This document shows positions 50,601 through 64,000 of a DNA stretch of 64,000 nucleotides, piece after piece. A program made the translations under genes and the position numbers. The notes under the pieces are model-generated. The model did not search any database. It was given only the letters and a program-made list of their open reading frames with translations, and had not been told where the DNA came from. Source of the stretch: Sminthopsis crassicaudata (taxonomy: Eukaryota); NCBI RefSeq assembly GCF_048593235.1, contig NC_133618.1, positions 605,510,889 to 605,574,888 on the forward strand, read 5' to 3'. Position 1 is the first letter of the stretch. Every line of letters begins with the position of its first letter.

Positions 50601-52774
50601 CTAATATATAGCTTCCAAAATAAAACATTGTATTCCAGCTATGGTCTGATCTAGATAGCATACAACAGAACTATCACCTCCCTCGTCCTAGATATTGTAT
50701 CTTTGAGTCAAGCCTAACATCATATATAGTTTCTTTGATTTGTGTTACTATGTTATTGAATGGATTGCCCTGGATTCAAATATATCATTCTTTCATTTTT
50801 GAGGTTATACTTTAGTACTGCTTTTCTCAACCTTTTATTGACTATGAGGACTACTTCATTTCTTCCCAAGGATTTTAGTCACATTAGTATTTAATGATCA
50901 CATGTATTAAATTCTCCCATTCCTGTCCAAATTAGTTCCCTGTTAAGAGATTGTTTTCCTTTAATGTTAATTATTTTTGTTTTTCATCAAATTGTCCTTT
51001 ACTTTGTTTTTGTATTTCCAATCAGTTATCTCTTTTGTTCATTGATAAGGCTTGCCAACATAGGTACAAGTTTTTCTTTTCTGTTAGTTATTTCTGCTAC
51101 TCAGGTCATCAGTTCTGCTTTAGTGATTCTTAATACTTTTAAACCATTCAAGAACATTCTGCCTATGTTTCATATTCTCTTGCAAATCCACCGAGTCCTC
51201 TGTCTCATCGTTTTGATTGATTTTCATTTGTCTTATAGTATTTATTCATAGATAATTGAATTCATTTAGATGATCTATGGAACATATTTTCTTTCTTGGT
51301 TTTATCTGCTTGTGCTCTAGGTCTCGAGTTTTCTTCCTCTTTAATAGTTTCAATCTTTTCTCTTTGTATTGCCATATTCCTCACTTTCTGATTCCTCCTT
51401 TGATGGCAGTTTCTCCGGGAGTTAGCCTCAAAGCTGTTTCTACCTTCTAATGCTGGGCAATTCAGTTTTCTACTTCGTGTAATTTTTGAGGAAACAGAAT
51501 AATTGCCAGTTCCCTTTATTTCAGGTGTGATAGACCCAAACACATGCTTGTCTCCTGCCTTAGTTCCCCCTATTTCTTAATTCTCTGGCCGAGTACTTTG
51601 CAGCACAAAGAATAGACTTGTAGCTTTTGTTTTCCCTCTGGTGAAGGGATGGTTCCAGAACTAAGTTCCAGGTGCAAACCCATATGTTTGTATAGTTGAT
51701 GGCAGAAGGAATGTTAATTGAGCAAGTCTGCTCTTATTTCATTGCATTTTCACCTTGTTAGGTTTCTTGATGTCCCAAATCAGTGGGCAGTTGAAAATGC
51801 TTTCTCTCTTGTGCTAACTCCTTTTTTTCAAGGGTTTGAGAAGTTGAAAGGACTGGAGAAAGTGTCTAGTGATCCATCATTTGGAGGCAGATGATAGTGT
51901 AATCAGTAGAGCATTGGACCTGGAATCAGGAAAGCCTGGGTTCAAATTTGGTCACCTCAGACCTTTTGCTAGTTATATGACCCTGAGCAAGTCATGTAGT
52001 CTCTCTTTGCTGTATTTTAAAATGGGGTTAGAAGCATCTATCAAACAAGGTTATTGTGAAGATGAAATGGGAGGGAGGGGAACTCTGAATAGAGTCCTGA
52101 GAACTTTTGTGGTGGTTTTTCAGTTATTTCAATTGTGTCCTACTCTTCTTGATGCCATTTGGGGTTTTCTTGGCAAAGATATTAGAATGGTTTGTCTATT
52201 TCCTTCTCCAGCTCATTTTTATAGATGAAGAAAACAGAGTTAAGTGACTTGTTAAAAGTATTTCTGTAGGGTTGTTGTTAATCCTCTTTTTGTGTGTGTG
52301 TGTCAATCCTCTTTTTCCTGTATTTGAAGAAATATTCATCTTTCTATAACTGCTTTAGAGTAATTGGCCTTGTGTTTCTTTGGTTTTAAATTGGTTTTTG
52401 TTAGAATAGTTTCCAAATCTTGCACGGTCCATTTTACCAAAAGTGTAGTTTAAGATTGCTGATAATGCATAGGGTTTTAAATTTTATTTTTGTTAGTTAT
52501 TATCTTGTTTTCATTTTTTCAACAAGATTATTATTGCTTCCATTACATTTTCATCAGAGAAAAAATAAGTAGGTAGAAGAAAGTACTTTTTATACTAAAT
52601 GCATCAAGCATAGTATTAACCATAACAGTGCATTCATTCACTGTGACAATTTCTTTTGCAAAGAAGTTTTCACAATAACAGTATCTGTTCTAAGGAAATG
52701 ACTTGTATAAACTTCAGTACTTTTATTAGAATACTTTTTAACCAATTGAAAACAAATTATTTTGCCATTTAAAG

Positions 52775-52938
52775 GGGAAGTGGACCCTAAAGAGAGAATA
52801 GCTCGTCAGCGCAAACTGTTACAGAAGAAACTTGGCCTTGATATGGGAGCTGCAATTGGAATGAATACCGAAGAACTCTTTAATGATGAAGATTTGGACT
52901 ACACCCCGGCTTCAGCTTCCCTTGTAAACAAACAACCT
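52775..52938 (+). CDS. BTAF1: BTAF1 coding exon 5
   Basis: aaag|GG GAA GTG...CAA CCT|gtaggt; encodes GEVDPKERIARQRKLLQKKLGLDMGAAIGMNTEELFNDEDLDYTPASASLVNKQP (164 nt). Confidence 0.96.
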
Positions 52939-54907
52939 GTAGGTAAAACCTCGGGCTGTTTGATTGCAAGGAATATTACAGTGGGTTTGCTTCATTTGTG
53001 ATTCTGCCATTGTAAATCATTGCACTTTTGTTATAATGCTATACTGAATTCTTAACTCTGTAATTCTTGCCCTCAAGTTTGTCTTCACAAAATAGATTTT
53101 TCCAAACTCCTAGATTTGTGGACCTGGGTTGGTCTATTTTTTTCTTTTTTTTTTTTTCCCCCCCTCTATTTTTGGTTCCAATTCAAACCTATTGTTGATA
53201 GGAGGCTTGCTGCTCCATCCTTTATTGTCCTTTTAATATGTTTTCCAGGTAGGTGGAAGACAAAACTTCTTGATGAAGAGATATGAGGGACCAAGATAAT
53301 TCTTCCTGTTTAATAGCATTATGAACTAGCATTAGATTTGGAATCCAAAGACCTGGATTTAAGTCTGAGTTTTGCCACTTACTAGCTGTATGACCTTCCG
53401 CACATCGTTTCTCCTTTTTAGGCCTGTTTATTTATCAATAAAGTGTGGGGGGGGTGAACTAAATTGATTGTGAACCTCTGGTAATATTAGAAACTTTGTA
53501 ATCATTGCAAATCCCGATCTTCACCACTATATCTTCCCACTCTTGACTTGAATGGAGAACAATTTCAAAAGATTTGGACGTCTTTAAGTCTTAGCGCAAT
53601 TTAAGATGTCTCAGAAAAAAAAAATAACAAAAAGGTATGAGTAGAGAAAATGGATAGGGTTAAAAAAGTTTTTTTCTAAAGCAAGAAAAATAAGGAAAGA
53701 ATTTAAAAGTAGAAAATTCAGAGAGCAGTAGTAAGGAAATAAACAAAAAACGAAGGCATTAAAGAGTAGAAAATAATACAAGATAACAAAATATAAGATT
53801 AAAGATGTAAAAAAGAAGAATAATGAGAAATTAAGAAAGTAGAAAATCTTTATAAAATGAGTGTAGTATTTATACATGGGAGAAAAAAGTAGCCAACCTG
53901 GCAGAAATTAATAAGAAACGACTTTGGAAAAGTTTGATAGGTGGCAGAGGTTACATTGTAGGAGACAGAGGATACCCATGCAAAGGGTACTTAAAAGTAC
54001 CAATTTTTTTTTTAATAGATAGTCTCTGTATTTGATATGTTGGAACTCATCTTTTGCAATTGGACACTCTTGGCATTAGTTTTCTTGACTAAATCTAATG
54101 GGAGCTCCAGAGTTCTTCTAAGGATACAGTTATTTGTAGAGATATCATTTTCCTTCCGAGGGGAACTTCCTTTTTGAAATATTAACACATAAGTACCTTG
54201 GCTAGAGTGCATCATGCTCAGTAGAATGCTGTGTAGGAAGCTGGGAGAAATGGAATCCTTTCCAAAACACATAGTAGCTTTTGTAACATTTGAGAACCTG
54301 TTTAGGGGGAATATGTATATGAATCACAGCATTAGAATTATAGGGTTGGACAGATCCTTGATTTAGAATTCATTTTATGAGTAAGAGAATTGAGGCCCTG
54401 AGATGTCAAGTGAGTTGCCTGCTTGATACAGCTATATAGTAACAGAACCTGATTTAAACAGTGTTTGTTTTGTTTTGTTTTAATTATTGTACATTGAAAA
54501 TAGTGGCTGTATTAATAGGGGAAAGAATACTAAATAACTAAAAGAGACTAATATTTAGACAATTACTGCTGAAATAATTCCATTGTTTTTCTAATGGTAC
54601 TCCTTTTAATTGTAGGGTGATGGGTTAAAAATGTCTTTAGCTCCTTGTCATCATCATTGCTTATTCACTTCATTATTATCATATCTGTATTGTTTTTTTT
54701 CAGTTATTCATTCATTTTCATAGTACAAATTTTGGATGATGCTGTGCCTTTTTTGGAGTCTCCTCTCCTAGAACCCTCCAAATGGGACTTTATGTCACAA
54801 AATACGTCAGTCCTGTTCCAATAGGAGTCTCATCTTGATTCTGAGAAGATGGGAATGGCTCTTAATTCCACAAGAAATTGAAACTCAGCAATTTTTAAAT
54901 CTTTCAG

Positions 54908-55044
54908 GCTCTTCAAGCTGCTGAGTTGATTGACTCAGAATTTCGAGCAGGGATGAGCAACAGGCAAAAGAATAAAGCTAAAAGAATGGCAAAATTATTT
55001 GCAAAGCAGAGATCCAAGGATGCAGTGGAAAGCAATGAAAAGAG
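54908..55044 (+). CDS. BTAF1: BTAF1 coding exon 6
   Basis: tttcag|GCT CTT CAA...AAG AG|gtaaca; encodes ALQAAELIDSEFRAGMSNRQKNKAKRMAKLFAKQRSKDAVESNEK (137 nt). Confidence 0.97.
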
Positions 55045-58000
55045 GTAACAGTCTCTTTATTTACAGTTATGAAAATAGCTTGTTAAAAACTGTGCCAAAA
55101 TAGTTTACAATAATTATATTTGACATTGCACTTTAAATTATGCCAAGTGCTTTATATACATCCTCATTTGATCTTCACAGCCTCATGATAAGGTTGGTAA
55201 TATAGGGATTAACCAGATCTTACAAATGAGAACATTGAGTTCAGAGAGGTTAAAGGACTGGACTGTTATCTCTCAGTGGAAGGCAGGCTTTTTATCTTGT
55301 GTGTTAGGCGCCTTTTCTGGTCCTGGCACACAATAGGTGTTTAATAAGTACTGACTGATTGATTGCCTATTGTCATAGAGCCAGTAAGTGAAAGGATTGC
55401 ATTGGAACTCAGTCTTTATGATGTCATAACACCATAATCATGGTTTTTCCACTTGGTTGATTTCATCCTTTTGAACTTGTGGTTAAATGTTTAAAAAAAA
55501 AAAAAAAAAAAAAAGCGGGGGGAGTTCTATTAATAAAAGGAAGTTTCTGCCTGATTTCTACCACCAAGGGTTTGCTGAAGAAAACAAAATTTTAGTTATT
55601 ACCATTATGGAAATACCTCTTTCATGAGTAATCAGCCTTAAATATTTGATACCCAGGATCCAAAATGGGAGAAAGGTTTATTTTAGTAACTTCTTACTTT
55701 TAAAATAAAAATGAATAAATATTTCTTTTTTAAAAGTACAAATTAGAAGGGAAAAAAAGTTACATAACAAAAACCAGTAATCTGAACAAGCAGGATTTTA
55801 CTAGATTTTTTATAATATTTTTTGCATAAGAAGTGAGAAAGCAATATTACATATATTTTTGAAGGCTCCTAGATCTATTTTAGGGACCCTTGAGAATTTG
55901 TATTTCTCTGCCCCTCGAAGTTAGAAATGTATTATTAACATTACCATCATCTTCTGGGTATGGTTGCGCTGCACACCTTTAATTTCTGCTGTTATGGGAA
56001 ATTACATGATGTAAGGAACTCTGAGTTTCAGGAAGGCTAAAACTGATGAGTTGTCCTCATAAACTTTGATACTAATATGTGAACCCTTGGAAGCAAGAGG
56101 CTACCAGGAAAGAACCAGCCAATATCAGAAAATAGAACAGCTTAAAACTTCCATACTGATCATTGTTAGGATTGAGCTGATAGTGGGTAGATGCTCTTCT
56201 ATCATGGGCAAGATAGGAAGACCTAATGTCGAACAAATAAGCAAACATTTCTCCTTGCTCTCCCGCCCCCTCAAAATAAAGAAACCAAAACACAGCCATC
56301 TTTGATTGAAATGTTTTTCATTTTAAAAAAAAAAAGTCTTTTGTGTTTCCCCATTTTTATATCATAGTCATTTCCAGATCTGTTTGCTCTACCCCACACA
56401 CTACTTTTTTTGAGATTTCCATTATAACAGAAAAACAGATATGTTTTATTTATGTTCTCCTGGACTAAGCTGGTTCATTCAATTGCTCAAAGTTTGGCTT
56501 TCTTTTCATATTCTTTTCATCTACATTATTATAATTACTGTATATACTAGTCTCTTGGCTCTTGTTTTATTCTGCATTCATACAAGTTTTCCAATTTTTC
56601 TGAATTCTTCATATTCATAATTTCTTACTACACAGTTATATTCCTTTATATTTGTTTGTTAACATTTGTTAGATGTTCCTTCCCAATTTGGAGGGGCTCA
56701 TTTTGTTTCTATTTCTTCATGCAACACCTCTTCAATCTTTTAACTTTAGATAAAAAGAATATCATTAAGTCACATAATTTCCTAGCTTCTCTTCTTGAAA
56801 TGGATTCTGGGAACTGTATGACTGAATTTTCATTTGCTAACAGCCTCACTTTTACATAGTGACTCAATTAAAAGTCATTTGTTCAGCATCTTCATTTTGG
56901 GTTTTGACATTACCCATCCCTACCCTCAGAACACCCCTCCTCCCCTCTCCCCCCAGTCTAGGGCAGCCTACATGAAGTGTTTTCTGTGTACTTTCTCATC
57001 TGATCCTGATTGTGTGACATAGCTGGGGCAAGGATCATTGTTCCCACTTGATATGGAGTGTGAATGGTAAAGAAGTTAAGTGACCTATGGAAAGTCACAT
57101 AGCAAAGGAGTGGCAAAGCCAGTACCTGAATCTAGAATTTCCTCCCTGAGTCCAGGGATCTAAACCCATTCCCACCCCCAAACAGGATGATGCCATCACC
57201 AGTTTTAGCATCAGAAAGTTTTCTTCTATATTGAGGGCTGGTTTGGGCACCATCCAGCATCTGAATTTTTAATTCTCCACTTTTACTTTTTACTCCCACT
57301 TTGCTTCTTGTTTGAAAAAAATGATACATGAAAAGTCAGTCCCACTTTGCTTTCCTGGTGTGAATAGGGACAATGGTAATTGTTAAAACATTTATGGGAA
57401 AATCAACAGGTATTTTTTTTTTTTTTAATGTTCCTGGAATGTAGCTTATAAAACCTAATATTGACTTAACTTAGAAATTAAAAAAAATTTTTTTGACCCA
57501 TTAGGCTTTTCATGAAAGAGAATTAATAATTTTCACCTAATGGCGTTTTTGCTTCCATAAAGTACAAGTTTTTTATTAGTGTGTTTTGTAGTTCTTAGAG
57601 GAAGTAGGAATATAATTTCCTTCCCTAGCGTTTAAATTGAATCAAATAGCAATTTAATAAAAACTAGCTGTAAGATTTCAGATTATATAGAACTATTATT
57701 TGAAATTTAAAGTGTTTTAGAAATAGTAAAATCATCCCAAAATTAGTAATACAAAACTGAATTAATTTGGATAATACTAATTCTATATTCATTTTAATTT
57801 GAGGGTTTAGCTGAAATATACATTTTTCTTATGAAAAATTAATCATTCCAAATAAATTAATCATACAAGTATGATAGTGAAGGTGGGAACTTAAGAAAAT
57901 CATTTTTTAGCTTTTTTGTGAGAACTTGATAATTTTACAAATAAAACTTGCTTATTCTTTTCCTGTTTATTCACTAATGGAGATTTTTAAAGATTCCCTA

Positions 58001-58631
58001 GTAAGTTTTCTTTGCATTATTATATTAACCTAGTTTAGTTTGTAGTAAATATTTAAGAGGAACAACAAAATTTTCTTAAATTAATTTTCTAAATCAGATT
58101 TTTCATAATTTTGAGTATCACTTCTAAATTTAATAGAGTCCTTATTTTATGTTTTCTTTTCTTTTCAATTTATCCAGTTAAATATGCAATGAAATTGCCA
58201 CATTCACACACATGAATAAAATTTAGTCCCTTGTCTTTTGTGCATTAGGGTATGCCAGCCCAAAATGATGACTTGTACATGACTTAAACTGTTAGATTGG
58301 TTATCAAAAGGAATTGGAAGTGTCAAAAATGTAGTTTCTCTAAGAATATATCCCCTATATTTTAGTCATTTTTATCTTTTTAGGAAAATAAAAACTTACA
58401 ACCTGATCTCAACTCGTAAGGGCTCTTGGGAATAATAGACATTTTTAGTTCATTACATGATCTTATAAAATTTTTGTGAAATGAAACTTTGCTCTTACAG
58501 CACTATATAAGTGTTTGTTTCCTAATATTATAAGTGCAAGGCATTGAGTATAGTATGGTAAAAAAAAAAATCTAGTCAAATAATTATTTTACCTACCCTT
58601 ATATTACTTCAGTTTTTGTTTTTATTTTTAG

Positions 58632-58761
58632 CAATGATAGTGCGGATGGGGAACCAGAAGAAAAGAGACGGAAGATAGCCAATGTTGTTATTAATCAGCC
58701 TGCAACTGAGTCCAAGGTCTTGATTGATAATGTGCCAGACAATTCTTCCTTATTTGAAGAG
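58632..58761 (+). CDS. BTAF1: BTAF1 coding exon 7
   Basis: tttag|C AAT GAT...GAA GAG|gtataa; encodes SNDSADGEPEEKRRKIANVVINQPATESKVLIDNVPDNSSLFEE (130 nt). Confidence 0.97.
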
Positions 58762-60629
58762 GTATAATTTTCATGCCTTAAGTGACAGTTTCCTAATTTG
58801 TTTCTTGCTTCAAATATTTTTATGTCTCTAGTAATCTGCCAAAATCTAGAGAAGAGGTAGTTAGCAGATCCTTTGCGTTTAAAAATCCCTGGTCATCAGT
58901 TTTTCTAAAATTTGAACAATTTTATATCATCTCATTCTGTGGTGTCTTCTCTAGCAGATTACCTCCTCTGTAGTCCTCACTCTTTCAGATATTTTCAGTT
59001 GTTCCTTGTGTATTAACTTCTTTCCTTCTGCCTTCAAACATACTCATGTTGCCTCCATCCTCAGAAACCCCTCACTTGGTTTTTCCATGTCTAACTATAT
59101 AGTTTCTCATCTCTCCTACCTTTTGTGGCTAAACTCCTTGAGAAAAATCTGCTACAAATTTGTACTTCCATTTTCTGTCTTCTCACCCTCTTCTTAATTC
59201 CTTCTAACCCAGCTTCCAACCTTACCATTCCATTGAAACTTTCTCCCAAGTTACCCCTGGTTTTCTCAGGCCTCATTCTTCCTGTTGTCTTTGTATTGTA
59301 GCCTTTGGGAGTATGAATCACCCTTTTCGTCTTTGTACTCTGTGCTCTTCTACTTGTCCTTGCTCCTTCTTAATCTTCCTTGCTGGGTCCTCATCCAGAT
59401 TGTGCCCACTAACCATCAGTGTACCTCAGCTTCTCTTTTGGCTCTTCTTCTGCCTCTCTGCTGTTTCATTTGGTAATCTCATCAGCTCCCATGGATATAA
59501 TTATCGTCTCTATGCTGATGATCTTTAAACCTACTTAACAAAGTCTATATGTCTCCACATCTCCAATTGTCTTTCAGACATCTCAAACTGGACATCCAGT
59601 CCAGCTCAACACGTTCAGAACTCCATTTATAGTATTCTTCCTAAATTCTTCCTTACTTTCCTATTACTGATTATAGAGGTATCACCATCCTCCCACTCCC
59701 CCAGGCTTAAAGCCTATCTAAGAGCAAGTATGTCATCTTCAACTCCTCACTCTCCACATTGTACCCTTATCCAGACTGCTGCCAAAGCTTGTCAGGATCA
59801 CTTTTGCAACATTTCTCTAATCCCATCTCCCTTCTCTGACACTGCCAGCACTCGGGTTAGGCCTCAGGTGTGCAATAACTTGCTGATGAGTTTGCCAAAT
59901 TTTCTCCCTATTCTTATCCATCCTGCTTTCAACTACCAAAATATTTTTGCTAAATTGAAGGTCGACCATGTCACTCCCACTCTCCTCATCATCACCAATA
60001 AACTTCAATCACTCTTCTGTCATCCCTAGAGTTAAACACAAAATCTTCTATTTGGTGTTCAAAGTCCTTCATAATTTAGCTCAGCCCTTATCTTTCCAGT
60101 TTTCTTAGAATCTATATACCTCCTTTTCTCAAATGTATTCTTTAATCTAGTGATCCTTACTATTTCTTCAGTGAGACACTCCATCTCTCCATTCTGGTTG
60201 TTTTTTCACTGTCCCATTCCTGCAATCCTTTCCCTCCTCATCTTCACCTCTTTTTTGGCTTCTTTTAAGTCTCAACTAAAACTCGGCTTCTATAGGAAGC
60301 CTTTTCTAAACCTCTTTAATGCTAATACCTTTCCTTTATTGATCATTTTCTATTTTTCCTATATATAGTTTATACATAGTTGTTTGCATGTTATCTTCCC
60401 CATCGGTCTGAGTTTCTTGAGGGTAGGAACAGTCTTTTGCCCCTTTTGTATCCCCATTGCTTAGGACAGTCCTGGCACATAGTAAGTATTTGATAAATGT
60501 GTACTGACCATTGTATACATAAAAAAATTTTTAAGGTATATTTTTATTATTGGCATGAAAGACCTGTTCTGGAATATTTGATTTGTTAAATTTACTTAAC
60601 TTTTTTTTTTTTTTTTTTTTTTAATGTAG

Positions 60630-60698
60630 ACAAATGAATGGCCTTTGGAAAGCTTCTGTGAAGAGCTGTGTAATGATCTTTTTAATCCATCCTGGGAG
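60630..60698 (+). CDS. BTAF1: BTAF1 coding exon 8
   Basis: poly-T tract, tgtag|ACA AAT GAA TGG...TGG GAG|gtaaga; encodes TNEWPLESFCEELCNDLFNPSWE (69 nt). Confidence 0.97.
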
Positions 60699-62952
60699 GT
60701 AAGATTTGTGCACTGTAGCACCATCAGTCTCCTAATGATGCTATGATGTAAACCAAAGCAGCAGTTGCCTGTTTCTTCCTTGTGACCTTCTCTATCCTTG
60801 GCAGTTGACTCTTCATAGTAGATACAATAAACTTTGTATTTTCAACTTTTCATTGTTTTTTGTTCTTATTTAGTCTTTTTTTCCATAAGCTTGAGCTTCT
60901 TCATGTGTTCATGCTTTTTCTTTTTTTTAAGCAAGTTTTTTAAAATTTTATTTTATTGTGAGCTTACAGTCAATAACACAAACACTTCAACATCCAGAGA
61001 TCAATGAGAGAGGGTTGCATAATAAAATTGAACTTGCATTACATATAGTTTGTTTTTTAAATCTACATAAACACATATGCATTTGGTTTAACAAAATAAC
61101 AAAAATTATCCTATTTGTGGTTTTTGTACACACAAAAAAAAAAGTTTTAAAAGTTTTATTGATGTTTTTTCCATGTTTGTTACTGCTATTAAGTCACTTT
61201 CCCGTCTTTCTTTGTAGAATGCCCTTCCTTATGATAAAGAGGAGGGAAGGAAAAAAAAGCAATATAGTAGTCATTTCTGAGAATACTCATCTTATTTTGT
61301 ACCTCTTGTCTGTCCCTTTTTTTTTGGGGGGGGTCAACATTTTGTAGTTTTTCATGTTTATTTATTTTTAAAATTTTGGGGGGGTTTTTTGTTTTCATAC
61401 TACCAACATTTTCCACCGTATCCTCTCCTTCAAACCTTTCAGAGAGCTGTTTCTTTAACAGAATAGATAAAGAAAAAAGGGCAGCAAAAATAATCAATAA
61501 AAGTGAAAATAATCTAAAATTAAGGGCAGTGTTCCACATTCATAGTTGTAAATCTCTCCAAAGAAGGTGGAGATTTGGGACCAAGTTTGGTCACTATAAC
61601 TTAGAAGCATTCAGTTCTTTGCATGTACTCTTATTGTCATGCATATTTTTTCTTTGTTTTATAGATTTTATTTTGCACTAGTTTGTGTAAGTCTTCCGAT
61701 AATTCTCTAAATTCATTGAATTCTATTGGTTTCATCAATACATGGATATTCTCTTATTAGTCATCTATCATAGCTTGTTTAACTATTCATCATCTGATGA
61801 TGCTTGTGCATTTTCATCCCTTCAGCCACAATCTTCATTTGGATTTTGGTTATTTCTCCCTCTTTTCCATTATGTCATCATTTTTGGCTTCATTTTTAGG
61901 AATACACTGATCTAAGTTACAGGTATATCACTGCTTTGTTAAGATCTTTTATTTAAAGCTACTTCAATCTTGAGCCAATTGGGAATGATAATTACCAGAT
62001 ACTAGGTCAATACCCTCTTTATCTACCATTCATATGATAACTGCATAGTTCAGAAGCAGCTCTCCAGTGCTCAAGTACTGCTAATTTTCATCTACTTAAA
62101 GCCTTTAATATGGTAGTTGATCCTGGAGTTTCAGTGAAGTAGTCAAAAGACTTTGAGGATAGTTTGCTATTGCACCTATTATCAATTGAGTGAATTTTGA
62201 GATTTTCTGTGATTGCTCATAATCTAAGGACTACTTTTCCTACTTCTCTCTCTTCCCCGAGGAATAAAGTTCTTTTTTGTTTTGTTTTGTTTTTTTTGTT
62301 AAGGTGTGATGGACAAGTGGGATTTAGAACTAATTTAGAATTTAGAACCAGAAAGGACCTTAGAATTTTTGCAATCCAAGTCCCGTATTTTATTTATTTA
62401 TTTACTTTTTTATTATAGCTTTTTATTTACAAGATATATGCATGGATAATTTTTTTTTCAGCATTAACAATTGCAAAACCTTTTGTTCCAACTTTTCCTC
62501 TCCTTCCCCCTATCCCTTCCCCCAGATGGCAGGTTGATCAATACATGTTAAATATGTTACAGTACAAGTTAAATACAATATATGTATACATGTCCATACA
62601 GTTATTTTGCTGTATAAAAAGAATCAGACTTTGAAATTAGCCTGTGAAGGAAATCCATAATGCAGGTGGCAAGTCCCTTATTTTATAGGTGAGGATACCG
62701 ATAGTAAGGATTTAGACTATAATTCAGATTCATGTAACTTAGAACCTACCATGGTTCTAACATTGTAGCATATAATATTGTAACATATTGTTTTTACTAC
62801 ATATTAACTAGGATTTTACCCAAAAGAAGGCACATTATTTTGAATTGCCAATAGTCTAATTTTATGGAAAGAATTTTTTTTTCCCTCATTGAAAAGAAGA
62901 TAAAATAATTTAAATGTTCAGACTAACATTACTTAATGTTGATAACTTTTAG

Positions 62953-63042
62953 GTTCGACATGGTGCTGGTACTGGACTGAGGGAAATTCTCAAAGCTCAT
63001 GGGAAAAGTGGTGGTAAAATAGGAGATAGCACTTTGGAGGAG
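62953..63042 (+). CDS. BTAF1: BTAF1 coding exon 9
   Basis: tttag|GTT CGA CAT...GAG GAG|gtaagt; encodes VRHGAGTGLREILKAHGKSGGKIGDSTLEE (90 nt). Confidence 0.97.
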
Positions 63043-63795
63043 GTAAGTATATTAGACTAATAACATGTTATTATATATTTATATATTTTTTTTACAATAA
63101 CATAGATTAACAAACCTAATATTAACAAACAGGATTTATCTTCCTAAGGAGGATAAATGCTCAAAATGAGAGCTAAAGGGAAAAGAATAAGAGAAAAGGA
63201 AGAGTGAAATGCTCAGGTTAAAAAGGGGTTAGGCAGAAAAGCAGGTTAAAAAAAGGGTAAGGAGAAGTGGGATGACATAGAATGGGAGTGAAGGCTGATA
63301 AATGAGATATTAAATGGGTCAGTGAGACTAACAGAGTTTAAGTGCTAAGTTTAGTTGAATGAATTGCAGCTAGTAGACTGAAAAAGAAGATATGACAAAA
63401 AAATGGGAGAGATGATATTTGAATACAGTTTTCAGTAGAGTATGAATTGACGACATATAGTTGATCATCAAACTGACCTTATGGAGGTAATTTTTTAGTG
63501 TGTGCATGTAACTTAACTAGATTATGGATTACATGTCTTTATTGGAGATTTGGTGCAGTTCTATTGGAATCAAACTGATCCACACATGGTCTGTGATTTA
63601 TGATGCCAAAGACATTAGTTGGTGTCATTTTTTGGGCAATGTAGTTAAAATGACTTACTTATTTGATCTCTATTTTTTAGTCTATTTTTGTGTGCAATTT
63701 AGATGTTAAGTTGAGGAAATAAAGTTTTCCCAGTAAAAAAGAATAATTGAAATGGTATTTGTTTCTATATTTAATAGTAATTGTGTTTTTTGTAG

Positions 63796-63891
63796 ATGAC
63801 TCAACAGCATCAGGATTGGCTAGAAGACTTGGCCATTAGACTTCTTTGTGTTTTTGCATTAGACAGATTTGGTGACTTTGTTTCAGATGAA
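63796..63891 (+). CDS. BTAF1: BTAF1 coding exon 10 (gene continues beyond window)
   Basis: tgtag|ATG ACT CAA...GAT GAA|gtaagt; encodes MTQQHQDWLEDLAIRLLCVFALDRFGDFVSDE (96 nt). Confidence 0.97.
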
Positions 63892-64000
63892 GTAAGTATC
63901 TCACTTAAAGGAGTCTTTATTCAATTAAATTCTAGTTTTTTGTTTTGTTTTGTTTTTTTGTGCATAATCTGAGGCTAATTTTGAACTTTTTTTCCTTTCT

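Overview
AT-rich, repeat-dense mammalian DNA. The WSINE1-type SINEs, L1 3' ends and 7SL-derived element point to a marsupial, probably a dasyurid (inference). The window holds the CpG-island promoter and first 10 coding exons of BTAF1 (the Mot1-like TBP-associated Snf2 ATPase) on the + strand: 19499-63891, 1086 nt or 362 codons, all GT-AG, with the gene continuing past the window. Upstream, an L1 has been hit by two nested insertions: a solo ERV LTR (6365-6750) and a decayed, intronless SNX15 retrocopy (6953-8374, - strand) with 3' UTR, polyA signal and TSDs. BTAF1 intron 1 carries an antisense, internally deleted betaretrovirus-like provirus next to a 132-N assembly gap. Unusually, it has two different tRNA-Lys primer-binding sites in tandem (Lys1,2 and Lys3). 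The rest is L1/L2/MIR/SINE debris, tandem duplications and microsatellites. Family names come from recalled consensus sequences; no database search was run.
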